Notes: generated from the sequence alone by a model not told the origin. 64,000 nucleotides of DNA from Candidatus Collierbacteria bacterium GW2011_GWA2_42_17 (GCA_000998275.1 LCDA01000001.1:116352-180351); one strand, 5' to 3'. Positions 19,023-28,952 are shown, counted from the stretch's first letter. Made by a program: numbers and translations.

Positions 19023-20435
19023 ATGGGAAAGTATTACATCACCACCACATTACCTTACGTTAACGCGGAGCCGCATATTGGTTTCGCCATGGAGATAGTG
19101 CGCGCGGATGTAATGGCGAGATTGCATCGGGCTTTGGGGGATGATGTTTTTTTTAATACCGGTACAGATGAACATGGACAGAAAATTTATCAAAAAGCCG
19201 TTGAGCTAGGAATTGATCCACAGAAATACTGCGATGAAAGTGCAGCAAAGTTTTCTGTTTTAAAAGAAGCACTAAATTTGTCTTACAACAGTTTTGTTCG
19301 TACTACCGATGAGCATCATATAAAAGCAGCACAGGAGTTTTGGAAACTTTGTGATGCAAAAGGAGATATTTATAAGAAGAACTATAAAATTAAGTACTGT
19401 GTGGGGTGTGAGTTGGAAAAGACAGACTCCGACCTGGTGAATGGAAAATGTCCAATTCATCCCCAGATGGAACTGGAGATTCGTGAAGAAGAAAATTATT
19501 TCTTTAGGTTTTCAAATTATCAAGAAAGACTCTTGGAGCTATATAAAAATAATCCCGATTTTGTGCAACCGGATTTCCGTCAGAATGAGATGAAGATTTT
19601 TGTAGGAGGTGGTTTACAAGACTTTAGTATTTCTCGTCTTAAAGCAAAAATGCCCTGGGGAGTGGAAGTCCCTGGAGATTCCGAGCAGGTGATGTTTGTC
19701 TGGTTTGATGCTCTGGTCAACTATATTTCTTCTCTTGGCTGGCCGGAAAACAAGGCTAAATTTAAAGAATATTGGCCTGGAGTGCAAATTTGCGGAAAAG
19801 ATAACCTAAGGCAGCAAACTGCTATGTGGCAAGCAATGCTGATGTCGGCCGGTTTACCAACATCCAAACAGATAGTTGTCGAGGGTTTTATCACTTCTGG
19901 TGGAGCAAAAATGAGTAAGAGTTTGGGAAATGTGATTGACCCTTTGGAGTACGTGGAAAAATACGGCACGGATGCTGTGCGCTATTTTTTGACAGCCGAG
20001 CTGTCTGTTTTTGAGGACTCGGATATAACAAAAGAGCGATTTGAAGAAGCTTTCCAGGCGAGTCTTGCCAATGGTATCGGTAATTTGTGTGCACGCGTGG
20101 CGGCAATGTCAGAGAAAGAAGGGTTAAGAGTGACTTCCGAAACATTGTCTATACGAAAAGAAGTGCTTGAGAAACTTGAAAAATATAGGTTTGACGAAGC
20201 AATGGCATTAATTTGGGAAGAAATTAAAAAAGCCGATGGTTTAATTAATCAGAGACAGGTTTGGAAATTGGAGGGAGAAAAAAAGATTGCTTCTTTAAAT
20301 GAACTCGTTAAGATTATCCGCCAGATTGGAGTAGATCTTGTGCCTTTTATGCCGGCTACTTCCGAGAAAATCATGGCGCAGTATGGCGTAGAGGAAATTA
20401 AAAAAGCGGAGAATTTGTTTGCACGATTATCATAA
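19023..20435 (+). CDS. metG: Methionine--tRNA ligase, short form lacking a C-terminal tRNA-binding appendix.
   Basis: The N-terminal region reads YYITTTLPYVNAEPHIGFA (HIGH region)...FFNTGTDEHGQKI. A Zn-knuckle CVGCE...CPIH and a KMSKS loop are present. Confidence 0.9.
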   Translation: MGKYYITTTLPYVNAEPHIGFAMEIVRADVMARLHRALGDDVFFNTGTDEHGQKIYQKAVELGIDPQKYCDESAAKFSVLKEALNLSYNSFVRTTDEHHIKAAQEFWKLCDAKGDIYKKNYKIKYCVGCELEKTDSDLVNGKCPIHPQMELEIREEENYFFRFSNYQERLLELYKNNPDFVQPDFRQNEMKIFVGGGLQDFSISRLKAKMPWGVEVPGDSEQVMFVWFDALVNYISSLGWPENKAKFKEYWPGVQICGKDNLRQQTAMWQAMLMSAGLPTSKQIVVEGFITSGGAKMSKSLGNVIDPLEYVEKYGTDAVRYFLTAELSVFEDSDITKERFEEAFQASLANGIGNLCARVAAMSEKEGLRVTSETLSIRKEVLEKLEKYRFDEAMALIWEEIKKADGLINQRQVWKLEGEKKIASLNELVKIIRQIGVDLVPFMPATSEKIMAQYGVEEIKKAENLFARLS

Positions 20436-21211
20436 TGTTAATTGATACCCATTGCCACCTGACCGACTCAAAGTTCACTGATGTAAAGGGGGTGATTGCG
20501 GAAGCGGTGGATGCCGGGGTGGAAAAAATATTTATGCCTTCCGGGAGTGTGGAGAATGCCAGAAGAACGGTTTTGATTGCTGAACAGGAGGGTCTTTATG
20601 CGATGGTGGGCGTTCACCCTGAGGAGATTGAGAGTGTGACGGACGTGAATCAAATGATCTATGAGCTAGAAGAAATTAGTAGTAAATCAGAAAGAGTAAT
20701 TGGAATTGGGGAAATTGGCCTAGACTTTTATTACGATAAGGAGAAAAAAACAAAAGAAAAACAGTTGGAAATATTTACGGCTCAAATTGAGCTTGCAGTC
20801 AGATTGAGACTGCCGGTAGTAATTCATATGAGGGAAGCAGAAATGGAGATGAAAGCTATTTTGGAAAGAATGGAGAAGCTCCCAAGAGGCCAGTTTCATT
20901 GTTTTGCGGGGAGTGAGAATTTTCTGAAATATGTCCTAAGTAAGGGTTTCTACGTGAGTTTTGCTGGAAATATCACTTATAAATCGGCTCAAGAGCTACG
21001 TAGGCTCTTGGCTTTGGTACCCCTTTCGAGACTCCTTTTGGAGACAGATAGCCCCTATCTCACCCCCGAACCTGTCCGCGGAACGGTAAATACCCCTGCA
21101 AATGTTAAAATAATAGCTACAGCAATTGCCCAAGAGCTACATTTAGATGCCGAAACAATAATTGATCAAACTGGAAATAATGCCTTATGTTTGTATTCCT
21201 TAGATATCTAA
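20435..21211 (+). CDS. tatD: TatD-family metal-dependent hydrolase/DNase.
   Basis: The N-terminal MLIDTHCHL motif is present, and the 258-aa length fits a TIM-barrel amidohydrolase fold. Confidence 0.85.
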   Translation: MLIDTHCHLTDSKFTDVKGVIAEAVDAGVEKIFMPSGSVENARRTVLIAEQEGLYAMVGVHPEEIESVTDVNQMIYELEEISSKSERVIGIGEIGLDFYYDKEKKTKEKQLEIFTAQIELAVRLRLPVVIHMREAEMEMKAILERMEKLPRGQFHCFAGSENFLKYVLSKGFYVSFAGNITYKSAQELRRLLALVPLSRLLLETDSPYLTPEPVRGTVNTPANVKIIATAIAQELHLDAETIIDQTGNNALCLYSLDI

Positions 21212-22692
21212 TCAACAAATATCCCCACCAAAGTCAAAGGGTACTTGAGATTTTGCCCGGATTTGTGAGCTGGTCATTTATTCTTTTCCCGGTGTGGGGG
21301 TCAATTTTTTGGCCTGTAGGAGTTGCTTATTTCATCATCAGTTTTAATGTTTATTGGCTTTATAGATCACTAACTCTGTCGGTTGCTTCGGTAATGTCAT
21401 ATTTTAGAATTAAAGCGGCAGAAAAGTATGACTGGATGGGAGATGTAAAAGGATTTGCAGACTGGATGGAGGTTAAGCATGTGATTGTGTTGCCTACGTA
21501 TAAGGAACCGGGGGATATCTTGGTGCGCACTTTGGAAGCTTTGGAGAAACAGACTCTTGGGGCAAAACAAATAATTCCTTTGATTGCAATGGAGGCAAGA
21601 GCGGGAGAGGAAATTAACAGAAGCAGAGAGAAACAACTACGAGATAAATTTAAGGGAAAGTTTGCGGAACTACTTTTTACTTATCATCCCGCTAATCTAA
21701 CCGGGGAAGTAGTGGGAAAGTCTTCGAACGCTGCCTGGGCAGGAAAAGAATTTCGAAAAGAGTTAAAAAAACACGATGATTGGGATATGGACAAGATGAC
21801 TATTTCGTCGGTCGATTGTGATGTGGCATTACACCCAAATCACTTGGCGGCCTTGACCTACATGTTTCTTGACGATCCAAATAGATATCACAAGATTTGG
21901 CAGGGGGCGATTGTTTTTTACAACAATATTGAGCGTATCCCCTGGCCAATGAGAGTATTTAACCGTATGAGTAGTGTAATTAATATGGCACAGCTGTCAC
22001 GACCGGACCGTTTAATAAACTTTTCGACTTATTCAATGAGTTTGAGGTTGATGGACGATATTGATTACTGGGATACCGATGTTATTCCCGAGGACTATCG
22101 TATTTTCTTTAAGACATATTTTGCCACGGAAGGAAAAGTAGAGGTGGAACCTTTGTATATTTCGGTGTTTGCCGATGCTGCTGAAGCCGATGGTTTCTGG
22201 AGTACTTACACAAATACATATGAACAGGTAAAGCGTTGGGCGTGGGGAGCTTCGGATGATTCTTATATTATCAAACGATATATTTTGGATACTAAAGCTC
22301 CATTTTGGGACAAAACAATTAGAGTGTTTAAGGTAGTTGAAGATCACTTTATGTGGCCTGTGAACTGGTTTATTATTACGGTCGCGGCCAACCTGCCACC
22401 ACTTTTGAACCCGACATTTTCCAGAACAGTAATGGGGAAAACACTGCCTCAGGTGTCTTCGGCCATTTTGACTTTGTCTCTCGTCAGTATGATTGCGATG
22501 ATTCTCATCGATTTAAAGGCTCGGCCTAAAGTAAAGGATCTGCCTTGGTGGAGAGGAATTGTGTCCCCTTTTGAATTTGTTTTGTTACCTGTGGTAGGTT
22601 TCTTTTTCTCGGCCCTGCCGGGACTGGATGCCCATACTCGCTTAATGATGGGAAGATATATGGAGTATCGAGTAACAGAAAAAAAAGCATAA
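21187..22692 (+). CDS. Processive family-2 glycosyltransferase of the cellulose/chitin/hyaluronan-synthase type, with N- and C-terminal transmembrane domains.
   Basis: The GT2 core reads VIVLPTYKE, the DxD motif is SVDCD, and the processive-synthase signature Q(Q/R)xRW appears as QVKRWAWG. Transmembrane helices flank the core. Confidence 0.7.
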   Translation: MFVFLRYLINKYPHQSQRVLEILPGFVSWSFILFPVWGSIFWPVGVAYFIISFNVYWLYRSLTLSVASVMSYFRIKAAEKYDWMGDVKGFADWMEVKHVIVLPTYKEPGDILVRTLEALEKQTLGAKQIIPLIAMEARAGEEINRSREKQLRDKFKGKFAELLFTYHPANLTGEVVGKSSNAAWAGKEFRKELKKHDDWDMDKMTISSVDCDVALHPNHLAALTYMFLDDPNRYHKIWQGAIVFYNNIERIPWPMRVFNRMSSVINMAQLSRPDRLINFSTYSMSLRLMDDIDYWDTDVIPEDYRIFFKTYFATEGKVEVEPLYISVFADAAEADGFWSTYTNTYEQVKRWAWGASDDSYIIKRYILDTKAPFWDKTIRVFKVVEDHFMWPVNWFIITVAANLPPLLNPTFSRTVMGKTLPQVSSAILTLSLVSMIAMILIDLKARPKVKDLPWWRGIVSPFEFVLLPVVGFFFSALPGLDAHTRLMMGRYMEYRVTEKKA

Positions 22693-22720
22693 TAGTGTTT
22701 GCCTGATATATACTCAAATT

Positions 22721-23068
22721 GTGGCAGAAAGACAAAAAATTACTACTTCGGTGACGTTATTTTGGATCGGAGTGATTGTAGTATTAATTATGGCTGGGGT
22801 AATGGCTTTGTTTTGGAGTAAATTACCACCTCAACTACCTTGGCTTTATTCTTTTCCTTTTGGTGAAAAACAGTTGATTGGAAAAATATGGTTTGTTTGG
22901 ATTTTTGCCGGCACGGAAGGAGTTTTGGTTTTGACAAGACTTTTGGCTAATTGGGCAGGTAAAAATGACGTCACCGTACAAAATACAATCATGGTTGGGG
23001 TAGTGACGGCAATATTTTTGATGGCGGCGAGTTTTTTCCGAGTTATGATGATCTTTCTAAACGTATGA
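22721..23068 (+). CDS. Small membrane protein with 3 transmembrane helices, function unknown. It lies within the glycan-synthesis cluster.
   Basis: It shows a hydrophobic profile and its stop overlaps the start of the downstream gene. Confidence 0.35.
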   Translation: MAERQKITTSVTLFWIGVIVVLIMAGVMALFWSKLPPQLPWLYSFPFGEKQLIGKIWFVWIFAGTEGVLVLTRLLANWAGKNDVTVQNTIMVGVVTAIFLMAASFFRVMMIFLNV

Positions 23069-24138
23069 ACCCGGTAATGGTAATTACGGTAATTCCCTTT
23101 TTTCTGGCTTTGATAATCAGTCTTGTGGTAACGCCCTTGACGATTATATTTTTTAAAAAAAGGGGTTGGGTAATTGACCCCGCTAAAACTCCTCACCCAG
23201 CACATATCCACAAAACCCCGGTGCCCAAAGGTGGAGGAGTTCCGATTTTTTTTGCGGTGGCGGTGACAGTAATGCTTTTGTTAAAACCGGATAGCCATTT
23301 GCTGGCAATTGGTGTGGCTGGGTTATTAACTTTGATTGTGGGACTGATAGATGATATTAGGAGCTCGAGTCCATACCTTAGACTGGGGATGAATTTTTTA
23401 GTAACGGCCATTATCGTCGGTTCTGGAATTGGAATTGCTTTTATAAGTAATCCCTTGGGGGGAGTAATTGATTTGTCGACTCCCAAACTAGGTTTTGATT
23501 TGCTGGGGGAACATCATGAAATTTGGCTCCTCGCTGATTTATTTGCCCTACTTTGGATTCCATCTCTTATGAATGCCATTAATTGGTCGTCTGGGGTGGA
23601 TGGACAAATTAGCGGAGTAATTACTATCGCGGCCGTGGTCTTAGGTCTCATTTCTTTGAACTTTAGTGCGGATATTACGCAATGGCCGGTAGCCATTCTT
23701 GCGTTTGCGACGGCAGGAGCTTTCGCTGGACTGACGGTTTTTCATTTTTATCCGCAAAAAATTATGCCGGGGTACTCGGCAACTTCTTTGGCTGGCTTAT
23801 TGCTGGGTGTGATATCTATTTTGGCGACAGCCAAAGTGGGTGCTTTGATAATCGTCTTAGGAATTCCATTAATTGACTTCTTATATATTATGATTAAAAG
23901 GTTAGTGTCGGGAAAATCGCCGGTATGGGGAGACAAGAGCCATTTACATCACAAACTAATGGCCATGGGTTGGGGAAAAAGAAGAGTAGCACTGTTTTAT
24001 TGGTTTGCGGCAGTGATGCTAGGAGTCGCAGCTTTGAGCTTTGAAGCTCGGACAAAACTTATAATTATGATAGGATTGGTAATATTAATGACAGCATTTA
24101 TCGTATGGCAATACTCATTGCGCTATTCAAAACAGTAA
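23065..24138 (+). CDS. Polyprenyl-phosphate sugar-1-phosphate transferase of the MraY/WecA family (glycosyltransferase family 4).
   Basis: The protein has about 10 transmembrane helices. The IVGLIDDI motif is characteristic of MraY/WecA, and a conserved HH pair occurs in SHLHHKL. Confidence 0.65.
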   Translation: MNPVMVITVIPFFLALIISLVVTPLTIIFFKKRGWVIDPAKTPHPAHIHKTPVPKGGGVPIFFAVAVTVMLLLKPDSHLLAIGVAGLLTLIVGLIDDIRSSSPYLRLGMNFLVTAIIVGSGIGIAFISNPLGGVIDLSTPKLGFDLLGEHHEIWLLADLFALLWIPSLMNAINWSSGVDGQISGVITIAAVVLGLISLNFSADITQWPVAILAFATAGAFAGLTVFHFYPQKIMPGYSATSLAGLLLGVISILATAKVGALIIVLGIPLIDFLYIMIKRLVSGKSPVWGDKSHLHHKLMAMGWGKRRVALFYWFAAVMLGVAALSFEARTKLIIMIGLVILMTAFIVWQYSLRYSKQ

Positions 24139-25037
24139 GACCAAGGCAGTGGTTGAAAAATTTTGCTTTATTTGGGGCCTTGATATTTACAGGACTGCTT
24201 TACCAAAAGGGGGCATTCGGATTAGTGACACAGGCGTTTTTTATTTTTACGATTTTATCCAGCGCGACATATATTTTTAATGATCTTTTGGATGTTAGTA
24301 CCGACCGATTGCATCCATTTAAAAAAAATAGACCAATTGCTTCTGGCGCCTTACCAATACCGGTAGCTTTTTTTGCATTAATTTCCGGAACAATTATTGG
24401 CCTGACTTGGGCATATACTTTAAATCTATTTTTCTTTATCAGTTGTTTGGTGTACCTTTTCATTCAGGTTTTGTATACCGGGTTTTTGAAAAAAATAGCG
24501 ATTATCGATGTAATCGTAATTGCCTTGGGATATCTAATTCGAGTTTATGCGGGAGCTTTCGTAATTTCGGCACACATGGATGTGTGGTTTTTACTGACGG
24601 TAATCTCAGCTTCGCTATTTTTGGCGGTGGGGAAACGAAGGGGAGAGATGACACTGATGATGTCCTCGGGAAAGGGGTCATCTACTAGAGAAACTCTAAA
24701 GCACTATACAGAGAAACTCTTGGATATTTACACAGCCATGTTTGCGACCGCAACTTGGATTACCTACTCTTTATTTACCTTTAATCATCCCAAGATTGTG
24801 CCGGACGGTAGGGCACTATCCTTAATTTCGATACTACCAAAGACATTAATCTCCGAAAAGTGGATGATGATCACAATCCCCTTTGTGGTTTATGGCATCA
24901 TGAGATATTTGCAGCTTATCTACGAAAAAAATGAGGGAGAAAGCCCGGAGAGAGTGTTGTTTTCGGACAAACCTTTAATCATCACTGTAGGCTTGTGGGT
25001 AGTGGTGATAATTGGTGTTTTGTACTATATTGCCTAA
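24105..25037 (+). CDS. UbiA-family prenyltransferase, decaprenyl-phosphate phosphoribosyltransferase-like.
   Basis: The Asp-rich motif NDLLDVSTDRLHPFKKNRPIASG matches NDxxDxxxD, and a polytopic membrane topology is predicted. Confidence 0.65.
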   Translation: MAILIALFKTVRPRQWLKNFALFGALIFTGLLYQKGAFGLVTQAFFIFTILSSATYIFNDLLDVSTDRLHPFKKNRPIASGALPIPVAFFALISGTIIGLTWAYTLNLFFFISCLVYLFIQVLYTGFLKKIAIIDVIVIALGYLIRVYAGAFVISAHMDVWFLLTVISASLFLAVGKRRGEMTLMMSSGKGSSTRETLKHYTEKLLDIYTAMFATATWITYSLFTFNHPKIVPDGRALSLISILPKTLISEKWMMITIPFVVYGIMRYLQLIYEKNEGESPERVLFSDKPLIITVGLWVVVIIGVLYYIA

Positions 25038-25041
25038 AATT

Positions 25042-25929
25042 TTACTTAACCAACTTGGCGTAAGTAGAGGAGACAAAGCCCCAAGAGCCTTTGGTATATT
25101 CAATTTGATACCAACCGGAGTTTGTGGATTCTTTGTAGGGGAAAATGTCACCAGGATTGACTTTGGCGAGCTCGTTGCTTCCGGTTGAGGCTGTTTCACG
25201 AACCTTTAACCAGCCTGTTGGAGTTGAAAGAATCTCGACATAGGGCTTGGCAAGGGTTGCTGAGGAAGTTGCTTGTTTGGGAAGAGGAGTAACTGTTTTG
25301 GCGGGTGTGGGGGTGACAAGACCTGCCGAGGGAGTAGCACTGCCAATAGTAGGTGTAGGTGTGGGAGTAATATCGAGAGCAGACATGGTGAAGTTTAAAA
25401 CCAAACGATATCCAGCCTGAACCGAAGCATTAACTATTTTGTCTTGATAACCTGGGTTGGTAAAAGTGAAGACGTGGGGCCCCGGTTCAATATCAATACT
25501 CCTGGGGGAAAAACCCTCGGGCTTGCCGTCGATACTTATTGTGGCACTGGCGGGAAGACTAACAATACTAACTGCGGCAGCTTTATTGTTACTGAGTTTT
25601 TCAAAGGAAAGAGTATAGCTGTGAGATTTGTCCAGAGTTTCACCAAACTCACGATGAACGGTAGTTAGGGCGCCGCCAAGAAGGTCAGCTTTGGTTTCCC
25701 AGGTTTGACCACTATCAACAGCCGTCATTTGGATGGTGTAGGAGCCTGGTTTTTTGTTATCGATGTATACAGGAGTTTTGCCGACAGATTCTCCGTTTAT
25801 CAGGACATTAGCTTCGGGACTAGAGGTAACTTGGATACCGGCTTTTTTGGCGAAGGGGTTAAGATTGCACCCGGCAAGAAAAACGGAAAAAATAAGGATA
25901 GCAGAGAGCTTGAGTAAGTTTGTCTTCAT
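25042..25929 (-). CDS. Lipoprotein with a PEGA domain, a Thr/Pro-rich linker and a C-terminal bacterial SH3-like domain.
   Basis: The lipobox is LAGC. The PEGA-type beta domain reads TSSPEANVLINGESVGKTP. A TPTPTPT linker precedes the C-terminal region WLKVRETASTGSNELAKVNPGDIF...WYQIEY, which is SH3b-like. Confidence 0.55.
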   Translation of the reverse strand: MKTNLLKLSAILIFSVFLAGCNLNPFAKKAGIQVTSSPEANVLINGESVGKTPVYIDNKKPGSYTIQMTAVDSGQTWETKADLLGGALTTVHREFGETLDKSHSYTLSFEKLSNNKAAAVSIVSLPASATISIDGKPEGFSPRSIDIEPGPHVFTFTNPGYQDKIVNASVQAGYRLVLNFTMSALDITPTPTPTIGSATPSAGLVTPTPAKTVTPLPKQATSSATLAKPYVEILSTPTGWLKVRETASTGSNELAKVNPGDIFPYKESTNSGWYQIEYTKGSWGFVSSTYAKLVK

Positions 25930-25978
25930 TTGTGTCTATGATAGCAGATTATGTCAAGATGTCGAACACAAGATATTG

Positions 25979-26050
25979 AGGCCGGAGAGGGAATCGAACC
26001 CTCGCATGGCGGTTTTGCAGACCGCATCGTTACCACTTCGACATCCGGCC
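25979..26050 (-). tRNA. tRNA-Cys with anticodon GCA.
   Basis: The 72-nt minus-strand sequence has a 7-bp acceptor stem GGCCGGA/TCCGGCC. The anticodon stem GCGGT/ACCGC encloses the loop CTGCAAA, giving anticodon GCA. The T-arm is GAGGG-TTCGATT-CCCTC with discriminator U. CCA is not encoded. Confidence 0.85.
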
Positions 26051-26119
26051 ACTTCAGGCACTATTTTACCATTTATGAGAAGGATTAATTTAATGGTTGT
26101 TTTCTGATGATATTTATTA

Positions 26120-26148
26120 TTGACTTTTGGGTTTTATTTGGTAATAAT
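26120..26148 (+). promoter_or_regulatory. Sigma-70-like promoter candidate, TTGACT-17nt-AATAAT, upstream of the homing-endonuclease ORF.
   Basis: The hexamers and 17-nt spacing were read directly from the sequence, about 80 nt upstream of the ATG at 26228. Confidence 0.3.
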
Positions 26149-26227
26149 TAATTGTGGAAAGAGACAAAAGAGGTGGATATAACAGGAAAAAGATTAATGA
26201 AATTTTTTTAAAGTATGGTCTCCTTCC

Positions 26228-26860
26228 ATGGCTTACGTCTTAGGCTTTATTTATGCCGATGGAGCCGTGGAGGATTGTAGAAAGTCATCAAGAACTTGTT
26301 ATCTTTGTCTTTCAAATAATGACCTTGATATTCTGAGGGATATTTTATGGGTAATGTCAACTAAGCAAACTATTGTAATTCGAGGTCCTCGAGTCATGAA
26401 AATTGACGATAGAGAGTATTGGTGTAAAACAAATTATTATGTGAGAATTGGGAACAAAGTAATTTATGATGATTTGACTAAACTCGGATTATGCCCCAGA
26501 AAGTCATTGGTAATCGAGTTGCCCGAAATACCCAACGAATTCTTCAGTTATTTTCTGAGAGGATATTTTGATAGTGATGGTTGTATCCATATTGAAAATA
26601 TAAGACGACGCTTAAAGATAATATTCACAAGTGGAAGTAGGAGTTTTCTGGAGAAACTCGGAACATATATTGGCCGTTTAGTAAGCGAGCGACATGTTCC
26701 TATATATACTAATCGTAGATCGTTTCAACTTAGTTACGGAGGAAATTGTGCAAAAAATGTTGCAGCATTGATTTATCAAGATATCGTTTCTGCCCCATAT
26801 TTGAAGTACAAATATGAGAAATATACTAATTATTTATCCACTAAAAAAGTGACTGTTTAA
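26228..26860 (+). mobile_element. Free-standing LAGLIDADG-family homing endonuclease ORF carrying two LAGLIDADG motifs.
   Basis: The two motifs are LGFIYADGAV and LRGYFDSDGCI. The ORF is markedly AT-richer than the flanking gap and tRNA genes. It lies between tRNA-Cys and gap, and no intron or intein context is visible. Confidence 0.7.
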
Positions 26861-26865
26861 GTAAC

Positions 26866-27951
26866 TTAGTAGAGATCGCCGGCTTTGATGACTTCCTCAA
26901 CAAGACGATTGGCATAGCCCCATTCATTGTCGTACCAAGCGAGAACTTTCACCAGAGTACCGTCGACGACACGGGTCATTTCGAGATCAACAATGCTAGA
27001 TTCCGGACGGCCAACGATATCAGAAGAGACTAATGGTTCGTCAGTCACGGCTAAAATACCACGGTATCTAGGGTCATTGGCGGCATCCATAAAAATTTGG
27101 TTTATTTCTTCGACGGAAGTGGAGCGCCGAGTAATAAAGGTAAAGTCGGTAATGGAACCAGTGATGACGGGAACACGAAGGGAGATGCCATCAAAAAGCC
27201 CTTGGAGTTCGGGAATAGCTTGAGTGGCAGCAATGGCAGCTCCGGTAGAAGTAGGCACAATATTTTGAGCGGCGGCACGAGCGCGGCGAAGATCACGATG
27301 AGAGTTATCTTGAAGATTTTGATCGTCGGTGTAGCCATGCACTGTAGTGAGCATGGCCTTGAGAATGCCAATCTTGGAGTGAAGGATATCAGCTACGGGG
27401 GCAACACTGTTGGTAGTACACGAAGCATTGCTAATCACAGAAAGTGTGCCGGTGCGATCTTTGGTGATGACGTCTTGGTCGTTGACGCCTAAAACAGCCG
27501 TAGGTACACCTCCGCCCTTGGCAGGAGCGGAAAGAACAACAAATCTGGCACCCCCCTGAAGATGAAGAATGGCTTTGTCCAGGCTCGTAAAAGCTCCCGT
27601 AGACTCGATGACGACCTCGACACCGAACTGAACCCAGGGAATCTTAGCTGGGTCTCGTTGGGCAAGGACGGGGATTTTAAGAGTTTTTTTAGGATGTTCA
27701 ATAGTGATGTAGCCAATGATTGGTTTGGCGTCCGTGGCTTCTTTGGGATCTTGAACTTCCTCAGAAGAGATGGAGTAGGGAAGGGTGCCGTAGGCAGTGT
27801 CGTGACGGAGAAGATAAGCCCAGCCGGCAACGTTTTGCGAACCGGAAGTATTAATAGCGACGAGATTGGCGTCGTCAAGGTGATTATGTAACCAAACACG
27901 CATAGCGGAGCGTCCGATCCTTCCGAAACCATTAATCGAAAAGTTAACCAT
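26866..27951 (-). CDS. gap: Glyceraldehyde-3-phosphate dehydrogenase.
   Basis: The N-terminus reads INGFGRIGR, and the active-site region SNASCTTNSVAP is present with the catalytic Cys. Confidence 0.9.
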   Translation of the reverse strand: MVNFSINGFGRIGRSAMRVWLHNHLDDANLVAINTSGSQNVAGWAYLLRHDTAYGTLPYSISSEEVQDPKEATDAKPIIGYITIEHPKKTLKIPVLAQRDPAKIPWVQFGVEVVIESTGAFTSLDKAILHLQGGARFVVLSAPAKGGGVPTAVLGVNDQDVITKDRTGTLSVISNASCTTNSVAPVADILHSKIGILKAMLTTVHGYTDDQNLQDNSHRDLRRARAAAQNIVPTSTGAAIAATQAIPELQGLFDGISLRVPVITGSITDFTFITRRSTSVEEINQIFMDAANDPRYRGILAVTDEPLVSSDIVGRPESSIVDLEMTRVVDGTLVKVLAWYDNEWGYANRLVEEVIKAGDLY

Positions 27952-27971
27952 AGGGCAGGTTATAAATATAA

Positions 27972-28952
27972 CTAACTCAGTTTAGCATTTTTAAGGGTTT
28001 CCAGCATAGGATGGGTGCCACTAGCCAGAAACTCGAGCATTGCACCACCTCCGGTGCTGACGAAGCTAAAAGAGGCATAGGAGAAGCCCAGAACAGGTAT
28101 CGCGGCTAGGGTATCACCGCCACCTAAAATAGAGTAGGCTTGAGAGTCAATGATGGTTTTGAAAATAGCTTTAGTAGCTTGGCCATGAATGCCATCTTCA
28201 TACATGCCAACAGGGCCATTAAGAACGATGGTTTTGGCTTCGAGAATCGAGCTTATGAACCGAGAGGTAGTCGTTTCGTTAAGATCAAAACCGTCTGGAG
28301 TCCTATCTTCCTGCTTGGCAAATAACCCACCAAGAAGAACCTGGTCAAACTTTTGACTTACTTTATTGATTATTTCCAGCTTATTTTGCTTTGTTCCTGA
28401 AGCTAACAGAAGAGTTGGGTGAAGGGGATTATTAAGTACTTTTTGGAGCGTTTGGACTTCTTCATCAAACCTAAAACCGGTCAAAGTTGGTAAAATTTCG
28501 GGTATTAAGGTTAAACTGGTCGAGTCACGATACGTGGCAAAGGCTTCATAAATGTAAATATCGGCACCGATGGCTAGTTCATTGGCAAATCCCCTATCTA
28601 ATTTTTCTTCTCGAGGGTCGAACCTTAAATTTTCCATAAGAACCAAGGGGGGTTCCCCCTTCCACCTCTCCCCTGGAGAAATACCCGAAGGAAGAAGTAA
28701 AATAGATTGATTTAACAGTCTATTTAAGCTATCTCTTACGGGAGCCAGGCTTAAAGAGGAGCCCTCCCCTGTTGGGCGGCCAAGATGACCAATAATAACT
28801 GTTTTTTTGGCGTGCTCAAGACAAAGCTTTATCGTGGGTAGAAGAGCTAGGAGACGGTAGTCGTTTTTGACCCTGCCCTCTTGGCTAATGGGGACATCCA
28901 GATCAGCTCGAAGCAAGACGTTTTTGTTTTGGATTTGTTCTTTGGTTAACAT
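27972..28952 (-). CDS. pgk: Phosphoglycerate kinase, compact 326-aa form.
   Basis: The N-terminal region reads VLLRADLDVP and the hinge reads VLMENLRFDPREE. The C-terminal Gly-rich nucleotide loop is present as GGGDTLAAI. Confidence 0.8.
   Translation of the reverse strand: MLTKEQIQNKNVLLRADLDVPISQEGRVKNDYRLLALLPTIKLCLEHAKKTVIIGHLGRPTGEGSSLSLAPVRDSLNRLLNQSILLLPSGISPGERWKGEPPLVLMENLRFDPREEKLDRGFANELAIGADIYIYEAFATYRDSTSLTLIPEILPTLTGFRFDEEVQTLQKVLNNPLHPTLLLASGTKQNKLEIINKVSQKFDQVLLGGLFAKQEDRTPDGFDLNETTTSRFISSILEAKTIVLNGPVGMYEDGIHGQATKAIFKTIIDSQAYSILGGGDTLAAIPVLGFSYASFSFVSTGGGAMLEFLASGTHPMLETLKNAKLS

Noticed and set aside
27097-27932. Overlapping ORFs on both strands within gap (27097-27492 +, 27102-27371 -, 27489-27932 -, 27562-27891 +).
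   Set aside because: They all lie inside the GAPDH coding region, which has a clear catalytic motif, and are alternative-frame artefacts.
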